Positions 1-8,746 of a DNA stretch of 64,000 nucleotides are shown here, in pieces. This DNA is from an uncultured bacterium (GTDB lineage: Bacteria > Patescibacteriota > Minisyncoccia > Phycocordibacterales > PALSA-1337), in contig CAWKEA010000005.1 of NCBI GenBank assembly GCA_963848635.1, forward strand, positions 15,275-79,274, read 5' to 3'. Under the pieces are notes generated by a model, which saw nothing but the letters and a program-made list of their open reading frames with translations, ran no database searches and had not been told where the DNA came from. Each line of letters starts with the position of its first letter. The first letter of the stretch is position 1. A program made the position numbers and the translations under genes.

Positions 1-443
1 ATTCTGTGCAAGCCGAGTCATATGGCGCTCTAGTGCCAATCAGTCAGATCGGCAGTATCACCATCGAAGGCTCACGCACCATTCGCATCACTCCTTGGGA
101 TATGTCCCAAGCAAAGGCAGTCGAGAAGGCTATCGGCGCGGCCGACCTCGGTCTGTCTGTCTCTGTCGATGACAAGGGCCTTCGGGTCAATTTTCCGGAG
201 CTTACTTCGGAGCGTAGGGTAGAGATAGTCAAAGCGGCCAAAGAAAAATTAGAAGAAGCAAAAAAACAGGTCCGTGCCAGCCGCGATGAGACGATGAAAG
301 ACCTCCAAGCAAAAGAAAAGGCAGCAGCGCTCGGCAAAGACGACGCTTTTCGCTATCAAAAGGACGCTCAAAAGCTCGTCGATGAGGCGGTCAAAAAGCT
401 CGACGATGCTTTTGCAAAGAAAGAGAAAGAGATCTTAAATTAA
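1..443 (+). CDS. frr: Ribosome recycling factor, 5' end outside the window
   Basis: Translation has RRF motifs: YGALVPISQIGSI, ITPWD, LRVNFPELTSERRVEIVK and KKEKEIL. Confidence 0.95.
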   Translation, partial: SVQAESYGALVPISQIGSITIEGSRTIRITPWDMSQAKAVEKAIGAADLGLSVSVDDKGLRVNFPELTSERRVEIVKAAKEKLEEAKKQVRASRDETMKDLQAKEKAAALGKDDAFRYQKDAQKLVDEAVKKLDDAFAKKEKEILN

Positions 444-534
444 GAACCAATGTCGGTCTTTAATGCTCTAATGGTTGCGCGAGCATATCTTGCGTTGATC
501 GGCATGCTCTCGCTGACTGATCATTTTTATCTGT

Positions 535-750
535 ATGGATATCTATAAAATCCTCATTTTGATCGGAACTGTCTTCGGTTTTTTCGGCGCTTGCATCGCA
601 TATCTGATAACTTTGAACGAGTATAAAAGGCGCGATATTCCTGGCATGAACTATATAGTCGAATCCTTTAAAGTAGCGGCATTCACTTTTGTGTTTTTTC
701 TTGCCCTCTGCATCGCGCTCGCTTTTATATTCGCAAAACTAAATCTTTGA
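535..750 (+). CDS. Small two-helix membrane protein, unknown function
   Basis: 71-aa ORF with two hydrophobic segments, filling the frr-rseP gap. Confidence 0.6.
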   Translation: MDIYKILILIGTVFGFFGACIAYLITLNEYKRRDIPGMNYIVESFKVAAFTFVFFLALCIALAFIFAKLNL

Positions 751-838
751 TCGTTCCGGACTAACAAAAAAAGATCTTTATGCTCAAAAACAGCGCTATT
801 TCTTTGGCAATCGACAGGGTAATGATATACTTTCCACT

Positions 839-1975
839 ATGTTAGAGACCGTTGTCATTTTCATCATCGTCCTCGCCGCGCTCATATTCGTGCACGAACT
901 CGGGCATTTCATCGCCGCGAGGAGCTTTGACATCAGAGTAGACGAATTCGCCCTTGGTTTTGGACCAAGGCTATGGTCGTGGAAACCAAAAAACAGCGGA
1001 TTTTGGGGTGAAACGACGTATGCCATAAACGCCATACCGTTCGGCGGGTTTGTAAAGATATTCGGCGAGAATCCAGACGACGAGTCAATGACCGGCGCCG
1101 ACAGCGGGAGGAGCTTTGTCAACGCGGCGCGCTGGAAGCAAGCGACCGTTCTCGTCGCCGGCGTCCTCGGCAATTTCATATTCGCGTGGTTCCTAATCGC
1201 CTTCGCCATGTCGATCGGCACGGCAGCGAGCCCCTCGGACTATCCGCAGTACGCGAACCGCATGACCGACGAGCGCATCATGATCGATGCTGTTTCGCAG
1301 GGCAGTCCAGCCGATAAAGCAGGTTTGAAAGAAGGGGACGTTATCGCCGGCCTTTCGGCTGCCGTTATTCCTCCCGGGCAGAGAATGACGGTTGAAGCGA
1401 TCCAGTCAGACATAGCTTCTTCGAGCGGCGCGACCCTCATCTTTTCGATCCTTCGCGATGGTAGGCATATATTCGTGAACACCGAGGCGGCCACTGGCAC
1501 GATCTCTGACAACCTCACTAGATACGCCGTGGGTATTTCTATGGATGACACTGCGACCTTGCGATTGCCTATCTACTTAGCCATATACGAAGGAGCGCGC
1601 CTGACATGGGCTTTCATGAATGAGATCGTTGTCGGTTTCGGAGCGCTTATCGCTGGTCTTTTCCAAGGCACAGCTTCCGTATCCGATTTGACTGGCCCAG
1701 TCGGTATTGCCAGCATGGTCGGCACTGCCGCACGCCTCGGCCTCTCATATCTCCTCATGTTCACCGCCTTCATCTCAATCAATCTCGGCATTGTGAATCT
1801 GATACCGTTTCCGGCGCTCGACGGCGGACGGCTTCTCTTTGTCATCATCGAAACGGTCATCCGCCGTCCGATAAAGGCCGCCATTGCCAATGCATTCAAT
1901 CTTGTCGGCTTCGTTCTTCTCATGTTGCTCATGGTATTTGTGACATATCGCGATATCTTAAGGCTGTTCAAGTAA
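839..1975 (+). CDS. rseP: RIP metalloprotease RseP (M50, PDZ domain)
   Basis: HELGH zinc motif, PFGGFVKIFGE, a PDZ segment (GSPADKAGLKEGD) and NLIPFPALDGG. Confidence 0.95.
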   Translation: MLETVVIFIIVLAALIFVHELGHFIAARSFDIRVDEFALGFGPRLWSWKPKNSGFWGETTYAINAIPFGGFVKIFGENPDDESMTGADSGRSFVNAARWKQATVLVAGVLGNFIFAWFLIAFAMSIGTAASPSDYPQYANRMTDERIMIDAVSQGSPADKAGLKEGDVIAGLSAAVIPPGQRMTVEAIQSDIASSSGATLIFSILRDGRHIFVNTEAATGTISDNLTRYAVGISMDDTATLRLPIYLAIYEGARLTWAFMNEIVVGFGALIAGLFQGTASVSDLTGPVGIASMVGTAARLGLSYLLMFTAFISINLGIVNLIPFPALDGGRLLFVIIETVIRRPIKAAIANAFNLVGFVLLMLLMVFVTYRDILRLFK

Positions 1976-1987
1976 AAAACGACCCAT

Positions 1988-2128
1988 AAACACAAAACCC
2001 GCCTGTCTGCCGATAGGCAGGCTGAAGCGGGATTATGTTGTTATTAACAAACCATAGGATTTCTCCTGTGACGTGCTAGGCCTGTTGGAGTAAAGCTCCT
2101 TCAGATTCCACCAGTCGAGTTGTTCGAC
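1988..2128 (-). ncRNA. Candidate structured sRNA (~140 nt)
   Basis: Promoter TTGACG-18-TATAAT (2164-2135, minus), several hairpins, then a GC stem with a U tract. No long ORF. Confidence 0.45.
2002..2021. repeat. Short palindromic CCTGYCTGCCG-type repeat
   Basis: CCTGTCTGCCGATAGGCAGG; related copies at 42071-42086 and 63728-63747. Confidence 0.6.
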
Positions 2129-2160
2129 ATGTACATTATATCAAGCCGAATATTTATTCG

Positions 2161-3237
2161 TCAAGATATTGAATAACCCCACCCATCTTTGCACTTTTCT
2201 GGTAATTGATTCACATAATACTCGGAAGAGGTCAGCACTTCAAGCGGCACCAATTTGTTCTTGAAAGCACAGTGCACTCTTTTGGTGTTGTAGAAGGTCA
2301 AATATTCCTTCAACTTTTCATTAAATTTGGTAGTGTCATCAAAGAGTATGTTGACATTGTAATCAACGAACTCTTCTTGGATGGTACCATTGAAGCTCTC
2401 ACAGTGAGCATTCATCTTGGGAGTCTTCGGATATGTGTGGTAGTGAGTGATGTTGTTCTTTGTAAGTAAGGCGTCAAGATGTAGCTTGAATTCTGATCCG
2501 TTGTCAGTCAGTACATTCTTGATTTCATACGGAAACATCTGCATGATCAGGTAGAAGAAATGAGCAAACGTCTTTGAAGAATGTGACTTGGTAGCGATTG
2601 CGTAGGTAGTGCGTGAATATATGTCGATTGCAGTTAAAATGTACATCCTACGACCATTTCTCTGTTTCTCAATGGTATCGAGTGCCAAAACGTGTCCGGG
2701 GTACGTTGGCACCAAGTCCTTGGGCTTTCTAAGCACTTTCTTGCGATTGGTTTTCTTGATCTTGCCAAAGTGTGACACTTTCTGCGGGAATGTCCGGAGG
2801 CCACCCATGTCAGTGATTAGTCTTTCAATAGTTGATGGTTTTGGACACTTCTCAATTCCAAAAGCATCACAGAAGTCCAGAAGCAACGGGTATAGCTTTT
2901 CTGCGCCGAGGTTTGGATGATCGACCCGTAACTTCCGAAGCTCCTCAAGTATGCGGAAATCCCAAGTTCTTTTTCTCTTCTTTTGAGGTGTTCTTTTGCC
3001 AGGATTCAAGGCTTCGACTTTGCCATTGCCTTCATCCAATTTCTTCTTCCAATTGAACAAAGTCCGTCTGGAAACCTTGAATGCGTCCATGGCTGAATCG
3101 AGCCCATACTTACCCCAATGTATTAATATTTTGTACCTTTCCTGCGCTTGTTTGGTGATCATATGATGATACCTTACCGCGTAGTTCAAGACTGTGACAA
3201 ATCCTTTAATTCCCCTGCGTTTTGATTGTATTCTCAT
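2161..3237 (-). CDS. DDE transposase (HTH plus integrase core/rve domain)
   Basis: HTH (FKVSRRTLFNWKKK) and DDE motifs ALDT, TDNGSEF and NAHCESFNGTIQEE. Confidence 0.92.
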   Translation of the reverse strand: MRIQSKRRGIKGFVTVLNYAVRYHHMITKQAQERYKILIHWGKYGLDSAMDAFKVSRRTLFNWKKKLDEGNGKVEALNPGKRTPQKKRKRTWDFRILEELRKLRVDHPNLGAEKLYPLLLDFCDAFGIEKCPKPSTIERLITDMGGLRTFPQKVSHFGKIKKTNRKKVLRKPKDLVPTYPGHVLALDTIEKQRNGRRMYILTAIDIYSRTTYAIATKSHSSKTFAHFFYLIMQMFPYEIKNVLTDNGSEFKLHLDALLTKNNITHYHTYPKTPKMNAHCESFNGTIQEEFVDYNVNILFDDTTKFNEKLKEYLTFYNTKRVHCAFKNKLVPLEVLTSSEYYVNQLPEKCKDGWGYSIS

Positions 3238-3285
3238 GTTGCGCCCATGTAATTAATGAGTGCAATATGTATCTGAGGTTAGTCA
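2170..3285 (-). mobile_element. Complete insertion sequence (1116 bp), IS481/IS3-superfamily-like
   Basis: Imperfect terminal IRs TGAATAACCCCACCCATCTTTGCACT and TGACTAACCTCAGATACATATTGCACT. GATAT is duplicated at 2165-2169 and 3286-3290. Single DDE ORF. Confidence 0.85.
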
Positions 3286-3301
3286 GATATAATCCATTTA
3301 G

Positions 3302-3369
3302 TGGACCTGGAGAGATTTGCACTCTCGGGCAAGCGGATAATAAGCCGTTGCCACAACTCTGTCATGCCC
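3302..3369 (-). ncRNA. tRNA-like / tmRNA-tRNA-like-domain RNA, 68 nt, non-canonical
   Basis: Acceptor GGGCATG/CAGGTCC-A with G3:U70 and one mismatch. T arm GAGAG-TGCAAAT-CTCTC. No D stem. Central stem GGCAACGG/CCGCTTGCC. Confidence 0.6.
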
Positions 3370-3527
3370 ACAGTGATGATTTTTCATCACTGAACACAAT
3401 TATAAAGACTAGACTATTAAGAAAAGTTAAATTTTCCTAAAGATTTCTTAATAAAAAAGGTGCACCCAAGCATCGTTTCCTGAAACGAGCATATACAGCG
3501 GTTTTTTGGCGTGGTATCATTAAAATC

Positions 3528-4079
3528 ATGAAAATAGAAGTCGAAACTAGGTTTTTGGATATAGACAAAGCTGCTTTGATCTCGAAATTAAAGGCTTTGA
3601 AAGCAGTCGACTATGGCGAGGTCAAGCTCGACGAGGTCATATTTTATGACAAGGATCTCAAATGGCTAGAAGAGCACAGGCTTGTAAAGCTCAGAAAAAA
3701 AGGCGACAAAATCAGCCTGACATACAAGCAGAACAAGAGCCAGCAAGTCGACAGTACGAAAGAGATCGAATTCAACGTCTCGAGCATGGAGGAAGCAGCA
3801 GTTTTCTTAAAGGAGCTGGGGTTAGTCGCCTACAGGACGATCGAAAAGCGCAGGCATTCTTTCACGCTCGACGATGTGACCTTGGACATAGATACTTGGC
3901 CAAAGATCCCGACCTATGTAGAGCTGGAAGGAGGCTCGGTCGATGAATTGAAGTCTGTCGCCGGCAAGCTCGGATTTGTATGGGAAAACAGATTCGACAA
4001 AGATCCGCGGTACGTATTCAAAAAATACGGCTATGACTTCGACAAGATAAAGACGGTCACTTTCGATAGATTCGAATAA
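3528..4079 (+). CDS. CYTH-domain protein (class IV adenylate cyclase/triphosphatase-like)
   Basis: N-terminal EVETRF (ExExK-like), LRKK...LTYK, EKRRHSF and YVELEG. Confidence 0.85.
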   Translation: MKIEVETRFLDIDKAALISKLKALKAVDYGEVKLDEVIFYDKDLKWLEEHRLVKLRKKGDKISLTYKQNKSQQVDSTKEIEFNVSSMEEAAVFLKELGLVAYRTIEKRRHSFTLDDVTLDIDTWPKIPTYVELEGGSVDELKSVAGKLGFVWENRFDKDPRYVFKKYGYDFDKIKTVTFDRFE

Positions 4080-4083
4080 CATC

Positions 4084-4611
4084 ATGGAAGGGATAAATCT
4101 GGAAAATTTTCCGAAAAAGGAGGAAGAGTTGGAGAAGCTCGTCGAGTCTTCCGATGTCGCCGTCGATGCTGAAAGCGGATTGGCATTGGTGGTCATCAAA
4201 CCTGACGCTTTCTCAAAAAAAGACCAGATAGTCAAGAGGCTTGAAAGCTCTGGCTTGTACATCGTGAGAAAGAAGATGAGGAAGCTACCTGACGATTTTG
4301 TGATCGGACAGATGTATGGGACTGACATGCCGAAAGGCATTGAGGAGGAAACATTGAAGCACTTCAATTCTGGCCCGTCAGAGATCATATTGGTGAATGG
4401 CGGACCGAATATCCTGAATAAAATTGTTAAAGTGACAGGCGAACATACGGATCCGAACAGATGCGACGAATCCAGCATCAGGTATGCCTTTGGAGAGCAT
4501 TTCATGAGAGAGGCAAATGACGGCAGTCAATATTCAAGGAATGCCATTCACAGGGCAAAGAATGAGAAAGAACGCACAGAGGATTTGGAAAAGTTCAAGC
4601 CGCTCCTTTGA
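4084..4611 (+). CDS. ndk: Nucleoside-diphosphate kinase family protein
   Basis: VIKPDA, SGP, G.TDP, SIRYAFG and RNAIH (catalytic His). Confidence 0.8.
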   Translation: MEGINLENFPKKEEELEKLVESSDVAVDAESGLALVVIKPDAFSKKDQIVKRLESSGLYIVRKKMRKLPDDFVIGQMYGTDMPKGIEEETLKHFNSGPSEIILVNGGPNILNKIVKVTGEHTDPNRCDESSIRYAFGEHFMREANDGSQYSRNAIHRAKNEKERTEDLEKFKPLL

Positions 4612-4637
4612 TTTGTATGTTAAAATATTGAGATAAA

Positions 4638-5456
4638 ATGAAAGCCTCTTTCACCCACTATTCCCATCGAAGCAGGCGCGCGCACAAGGTGTCTCTCTTG
4701 GAGAAGTTGGCGCTCTGGTTCCTCATACCGATCATTTTGATCGGCCTCACGGTCGCTGCTATCGAACTCGCAGGAGTCGATATCGGGGCAGATTTCAGCA
4801 ATGTGCCGATCATCTATCTGTGCACTGCCTTCTTGTTCTCCTTTGCCAGGCTTTTTGTCGCCTACATCTTCTCGCTCGTCATCGGCGTCATCCTGGCCAT
4901 TCTCATCTTGCGCTCGCATGTCTGGGAGCGGATCCTCATCCCTGTCTACGATGTGCTCGAATCGGTGCCCGTCCTCGTCTTCTTTCCCGTCATCATCCTC
5001 TTCTTCATCCATTACAATCTGCTCAACAGCGCAGCCATTTTCATCATCGTCCTCACTATGATCTGGAGCATCGTCTTTGCGTCGATCGGCGGCCTGCACG
5101 TCATACCCGAGGACGTCATGTACGTGCCAAAGATATTTGGCCTGACTCGGCTCCAATCGTTCCGCAAAGTGATCTTGCCAGCCCTATTCCCGTCGATAGT
5201 CACGGGCTCGCTCCTGGCCTGGGCGGCCGGCTGGAACATTCTCATCGTGGCCGAGGTATTGCATACGTACGTGCCGGCAGGGCAGAATGTCAGCGATGTC
5301 TTCGGTATCGGCAGCGTACTCGTCCAAGCGTCGTCATCCGGCGATCAATCGCTGTTTTTATGGTCGATCATTGTCATTGTTGCGGCGATAACGCTTATCA
5401 ATGTGTTTGTCTGGCAGAGGCTGTTGAAGTATGCGGAGAGATTCAAATTCGATTAA
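4638..5456 (+). CDS. NitT/TauT-family ABC transporter permease
   Basis: Multi-pass membrane protein with DVLESVPVLVFFP, an EAA-like loop (FRKVILPALFP) and AGWNILIVAE. Confidence 0.88.
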   Translation: MKASFTHYSHRSRRAHKVSLLEKLALWFLIPIILIGLTVAAIELAGVDIGADFSNVPIIYLCTAFLFSFARLFVAYIFSLVIGVILAILILRSHVWERILIPVYDVLESVPVLVFFPVIILFFIHYNLLNSAAIFIIVLTMIWSIVFASIGGLHVIPEDVMYVPKIFGLTRLQSFRKVILPALFPSIVTGSLLAWAAGWNILIVAEVLHTYVPAGQNVSDVFGIGSVLVQASSSGDQSLFLWSIIVIVAAITLINVFVWQRLLKYAERFKFD

Positions 5457-5461
5457 TTATG

Positions 5462-5576
5462 AAATCACAAATTCGAACTTACAATCTCCAAATGAATCCC
5501 GATATCCAATGTTCAAAACGTTTGGGATTTGCGGTCTGTAATTTATTTGGAACTTGTCATTTCAAATTTGATGCTT
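5462..5576. repeat. Heptamer-periodic inverted-repeat spacer
   Basis: Left arm aaatcac-aaattcg-aacttac-aatctcc; right arm tttggga-tttgcgg...tttggaa-cttgtca-tttcaaa-tttgatg. Confidence 0.5.
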
Positions 5577-5583
5577 TAAAAAT

Positions 5584-6330
5584 ATGACCAAACCAATCCT
5601 TACTTTTTCCAATGTTTCGTACAAATACCACAACGGCTCGGCCGATGTGCTCCACGATATCTCTTTTTCGCTAGAAAAGAATTCCTTTACCATCCTCGTC
5701 GGCCCGTCCGGTTGCGGCAAATCGACATTGATCAAGCTCGTCGCGGGCCTCACAGAGCCTTCTGCAGGCTCGCTCAACGCGCCGAAAAAGATGGCTATGG
5801 TCTTCCAGAATGGAACGCTTTTGCCGTGGTATTCGGCGCTCGATAATGTCATTTTGGCACTTGCTTCTGTACAAGATGACATCTCGTACACAAAGAAAAA
5901 GCGCGCTCTTGAAGCCCTAGCCCTCATGAATATAAAGGAGCTCGCAGATTCGTATCCGCGCAGCCTCTCCGGCGGCCAGCGCCAGCGCGTCGGCATCGCG
6001 CGCGCCCTCGCGGCAGAGCCGGAACTGCTCCTCCTCGACGAGCCTTTTTCTGCGCTCGATGCAGAAACGACTGAGGCCCTGCATCGCGAACTTCTGGAAA
6101 TATGGAAAACTCGTGGCATCAGTATTCTTATGATCTCGCACTCATTAGAAGAAGCCGTCACGCTCGGCGAGCGCATCCTGGTTATGCACGATGGCCGGTT
6201 GGTCCATGAGCATATCGTCCAGCTCGATTATCCGCGCGACCCGACAACCGAAACATTTGGCATGTATATCGCCTCCATCAGAAAAGAATTGAAGGAAAAG
6301 AGAAGAAGCGTCAGAAATGCGCAGGATTGA
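5584..6330 (+). CDS. NitT/TauT-family ABC transporter ATP-binding protein
   Basis: Walker A GPSGCGKS, signature LSGGQ, Walker B LLLLDEPF and H-loop. Confidence 0.93.
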   Translation: MTKPILTFSNVSYKYHNGSADVLHDISFSLEKNSFTILVGPSGCGKSTLIKLVAGLTEPSAGSLNAPKKMAMVFQNGTLLPWYSALDNVILALASVQDDISYTKKKRALEALALMNIKELADSYPRSLSGGQRQRVGIARALAAEPELLLLDEPFSALDAETTEALHRELLEIWKTRGISILMISHSLEEAVTLGERILVMHDGRLVHEHIVQLDYPRDPTTETFGMYIASIRKELKEKRRSVRNAQD

Positions 6331-6371
6331 GCAATCTTGCCTTTTTCAGCCATATTTGCTACATTGTTTCT

Positions 6372-6632
6372 ATGAAAAAAGACATACATCCAAAGGACTA
6401 CCGCAAGGTCATCTTCCACGACAACTCCAATGACGTGGATTTTCTGATTGCTTCAACTATAAAATCGACAGAAAAGGCCAAATGGCATGATGGCGTCGAA
6501 TATCCGATGGTCACCGTCGAAATCTCCTCGTCCTCGCACCCTTTCTATACCAACCAGGAAAAGATGATGGACGCCGCTGGACGCGTCGAAAAATTCAAAG
6601 CGCGCCAAGCAAAGGCCACAAAGAAGAAGTAA
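6372..6632 (+). CDS. rpmE2: 50S ribosomal protein L31 (type B, Cys-free)
   Basis: [18 protein letters not shown] and [10 protein letters not shown]. Confidence 0.92.
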   Translation: MKKDIHPKDYRKVIFHDNSNDVDFLIASTIKSTEKAKWHDGVEYPMVTVEISSSSHPFYTNQEKMMDAAGRVEKFKARQAKATKKK

Positions 6633-6717
6633 ATAGATAGTAGAAATAGAAAATAGAATAATGCGAGCATGCTCGCACCCCTTCTATTTTCTGATTCTAT
6701 TTTCTACTTCTATCTCT
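6633..6717. repeat. Heptamer-periodic inverted-repeat spacer with central 16-bp palindrome
   Basis: TAGAAAATAGAAT (6647-6659) pairs with ATTCTATTTTCTA (6694-6706). TGCGAGCATGCTCGCA at 6662-6677. Confidence 0.7.
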
Positions 6718-7695
6718 ATGAACTGGGAAGAACTCAAAAAAAATCACAAGACGGCGTTTCTGGCCGAGATGCACGACAAGCTCTTAAAAGACGAAAAAGA
6801 GGTTTTGGAAATGGCCAAGGATCCTGCAATGAAGGACATGGCTGAAGCTGATCTCAGGAGCCTTGCAGAGCAGAAAAAGAACGTCGAAGACCAGGTTCAG
6901 GCGATCCTCGATTCAGAAAAAGAAGAGATCGAAGTACCGAACGAGCTTATCTTGGAAGTGCGCGCCGGCGCGGGCGGCGAAGAAGCCGCATTGTTCGCCG
7001 AAAAGCTGGTGCAGATGTACAGGGCTTATGCGGTGACGAAAGGCTGGCAGACAAAGATCGTGGAAGAGTCGCGTAGTTCGCTCAAGGGCTACAAGGAGGC
7101 ATCTCTTGAAGTGAAAGGCAAAGGCGCATACGACGATCTTCGCTGGGAAACGGGCGTCCATCGCATACAGCGCGTGCCAGAAACGGAAAAATCCGGCCGT
7201 ATACATACGTCGACCGCGGCTGTGGCTATCTTGCCTATCCGTAAAAAGACAAAGCTCGTCATTCCGCCGGCCGATCTTGAGATGGAATTCTCTCGCGCCG
7301 GCGGCAAGGGCGGCCAGAACGTCAACAAAGTCGAGACGGCCGTGCGCCTCGTCCACAAACCAACTGGCCTTGACGTTCGCGTCACGGCGGAGCGTTCGCA
7401 GAGCGCTAACCGCGAGCGTGCAATGCAGATTTTGACCGCAAAGATCGAAGCTCGACAGGAGGAAGAGGCCGCCCTGAAATTCAGCGCCAACAAGAAAGCC
7501 CAGCTCGGCACTGGCGACCGCTCTGAAAAGATCCGTACGTATAACATTTTGCAGGACCGTATAACTGACCATCGCATAAAACAAAGCTGGCATAACATCG
7601 AGACGATCTTTGAGGGTGGGCTCGACCCGATCATCGACGCATTGCATGAATTCGAAAGGACAGGAAAAGTGGGGAATGAGGAAGGGGAGGAATGA
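6718..7695 (+). CDS. prfA: Peptide chain release factor 1
   Basis: GGQ motif, PET (PxT) discriminator, [11 protein letters not shown] and RSEKIRTYN. Confidence 0.95.
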   Translation: MNWEELKKNHKTAFLAEMHDKLLKDEKEVLEMAKDPAMKDMAEADLRSLAEQKKNVEDQVQAILDSEKEEIEVPNELILEVRAGAGGEEAALFAEKLVQMYRAYAVTKGWQTKIVEESRSSLKGYKEASLEVKGKGAYDDLRWETGVHRIQRVPETEKSGRIHTSTAAVAILPIRKKTKLVIPPADLEMEFSRAGGKGGQNVNKVETAVRLVHKPTGLDVRVTAERSQSANRERAMQILTAKIEARQEEEAALKFSANKKAQLGTGDRSEKIRTYNILQDRITDHRIKQSWHNIETIFEGGLDPIIDALHEFERTGKVGNEEGEE

Positions 7696-7709
7696 TGTAA
7701 AAATTTGAA

Positions 7710-7741
7710 AAAAGCCTGCTTGCAAGTGAGCGGGCTTTTTT
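7710..7741. terminator. Bidirectional intrinsic terminator
   Basis: aaaagcctgcttgcaagtgagcgggcttttt lies between convergent genes. Confidence 0.65.
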
Positions 7742-7797
7742 GTTAAAGAAAAGCGCGCATCCATTTGAAGGAATGCGCGCGATTTTGATTGGACTGG

Positions 7798-8499
7798 TCA
7801 ACAAGCGGCTTGCGGCCTCATTGCTGCGAACACATCAAACAATTGCTGGGGACGTGCTGGTTCGGATTTGGTTTTCAGCGATCGCGAAAGAACAGGTACG
7901 ACTTTTTCAGGCTTGGCTCCATCAAGGAATTTGCGAGCTTCCGTCCTCTTATCGAGGATTTGATGGCCCATTGACCGTCTCTCAACACTCGTGATGGCCA
8001 TTCGCGACACGATATGTCTTGCGCGGTCATAAAACTTGCCGGAAGCGCCCACCCAAACGAATTGACCGCTGTGTTGTCTATCGAATTTCATGGCCAAGCC
8101 GTAGATTGCGTTCCTCTCGTCGTCTTTGCGATCGACGAGGACAAGCCGTGCCCCAGGGCACGCTTCGAGCAGGATAGACATGTGCTCATCGTTTTCGGGG
8201 AAGCCACAGATAACCAGATGCCGAAGAGGCGGTTGGCCAGTGGGGACGTCTTGCAAAGCATTGATGAACCCCGCTGTAAGAAACGCTGACCGTGCTATCT
8301 GCTGGTCGGTTGATCCTTCCGTCTCATCGTAAATTTCAGCAGTGGGCGGAACAGAGCTACCAAGGTTCACAAACCGAAATCCGCTGAGATAGACTGCTGA
8401 TCGGCGCAAGCCTTCGAGGAGGATGCTTTTGCCGCAATTTTCCGGTCCAACGAGTGCCGTGATCCCGATTTGGCCGCATCCTGTCTTGCATATTTCCAT
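7798..8499 (-). CDS. Hypothetical protein with degenerate NMP-kinase-like P-loop
   Basis: ALVGPENCGKS and LVICGFPE (compare LDGFPR in adenylate kinases). Confidence 0.55.
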   Translation of the reverse strand: MEICKTGCGQIGITALVGPENCGKSILLEGLRRSAVYLSGFRFVNLGSSVPPTAEIYDETEGSTDQQIARSAFLTAGFINALQDVPTGQPPLRHLVICGFPENDEHMSILLEACPGARLVLVDRKDDERNAIYGLAMKFDRQHSGQFVWVGASGKFYDRARHIVSRMAITSVERRSMGHQILDKRTEARKFLDGAKPEKVVPVLSRSLKTKSEPARPQQLFDVFAAMRPQAAC

Positions 8500-8746
8500 A
8501 TGTATCGATATTTAATTTTGGTTGATTTTTGTGTCTAACCAGTCCATATTTGGAACTTGCTGGAAAGAACTGTTACGAGAGAGTATATTACCATACTTAT
8601 TTAAAAAAGCAAACTCGTTATTATCGGCTATTTTTCACGGCTTAAAATATAGTACAGCTACGCGACGGGCATGCCGATAGTTATTCTTTAACTTTTCTTT
8701 AGAATTATTTTAACTTTATTTAATGACAATTCTCTATAATTTCAGC

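Noticed and set aside
2000-2056. NNNIIPLQPAY as a tmRNA tag frame for a split tmRNA
   Set aside because: There is no resume context or Ala-rich end with a stop, and PAY comes from the palindromic micro-repeat.
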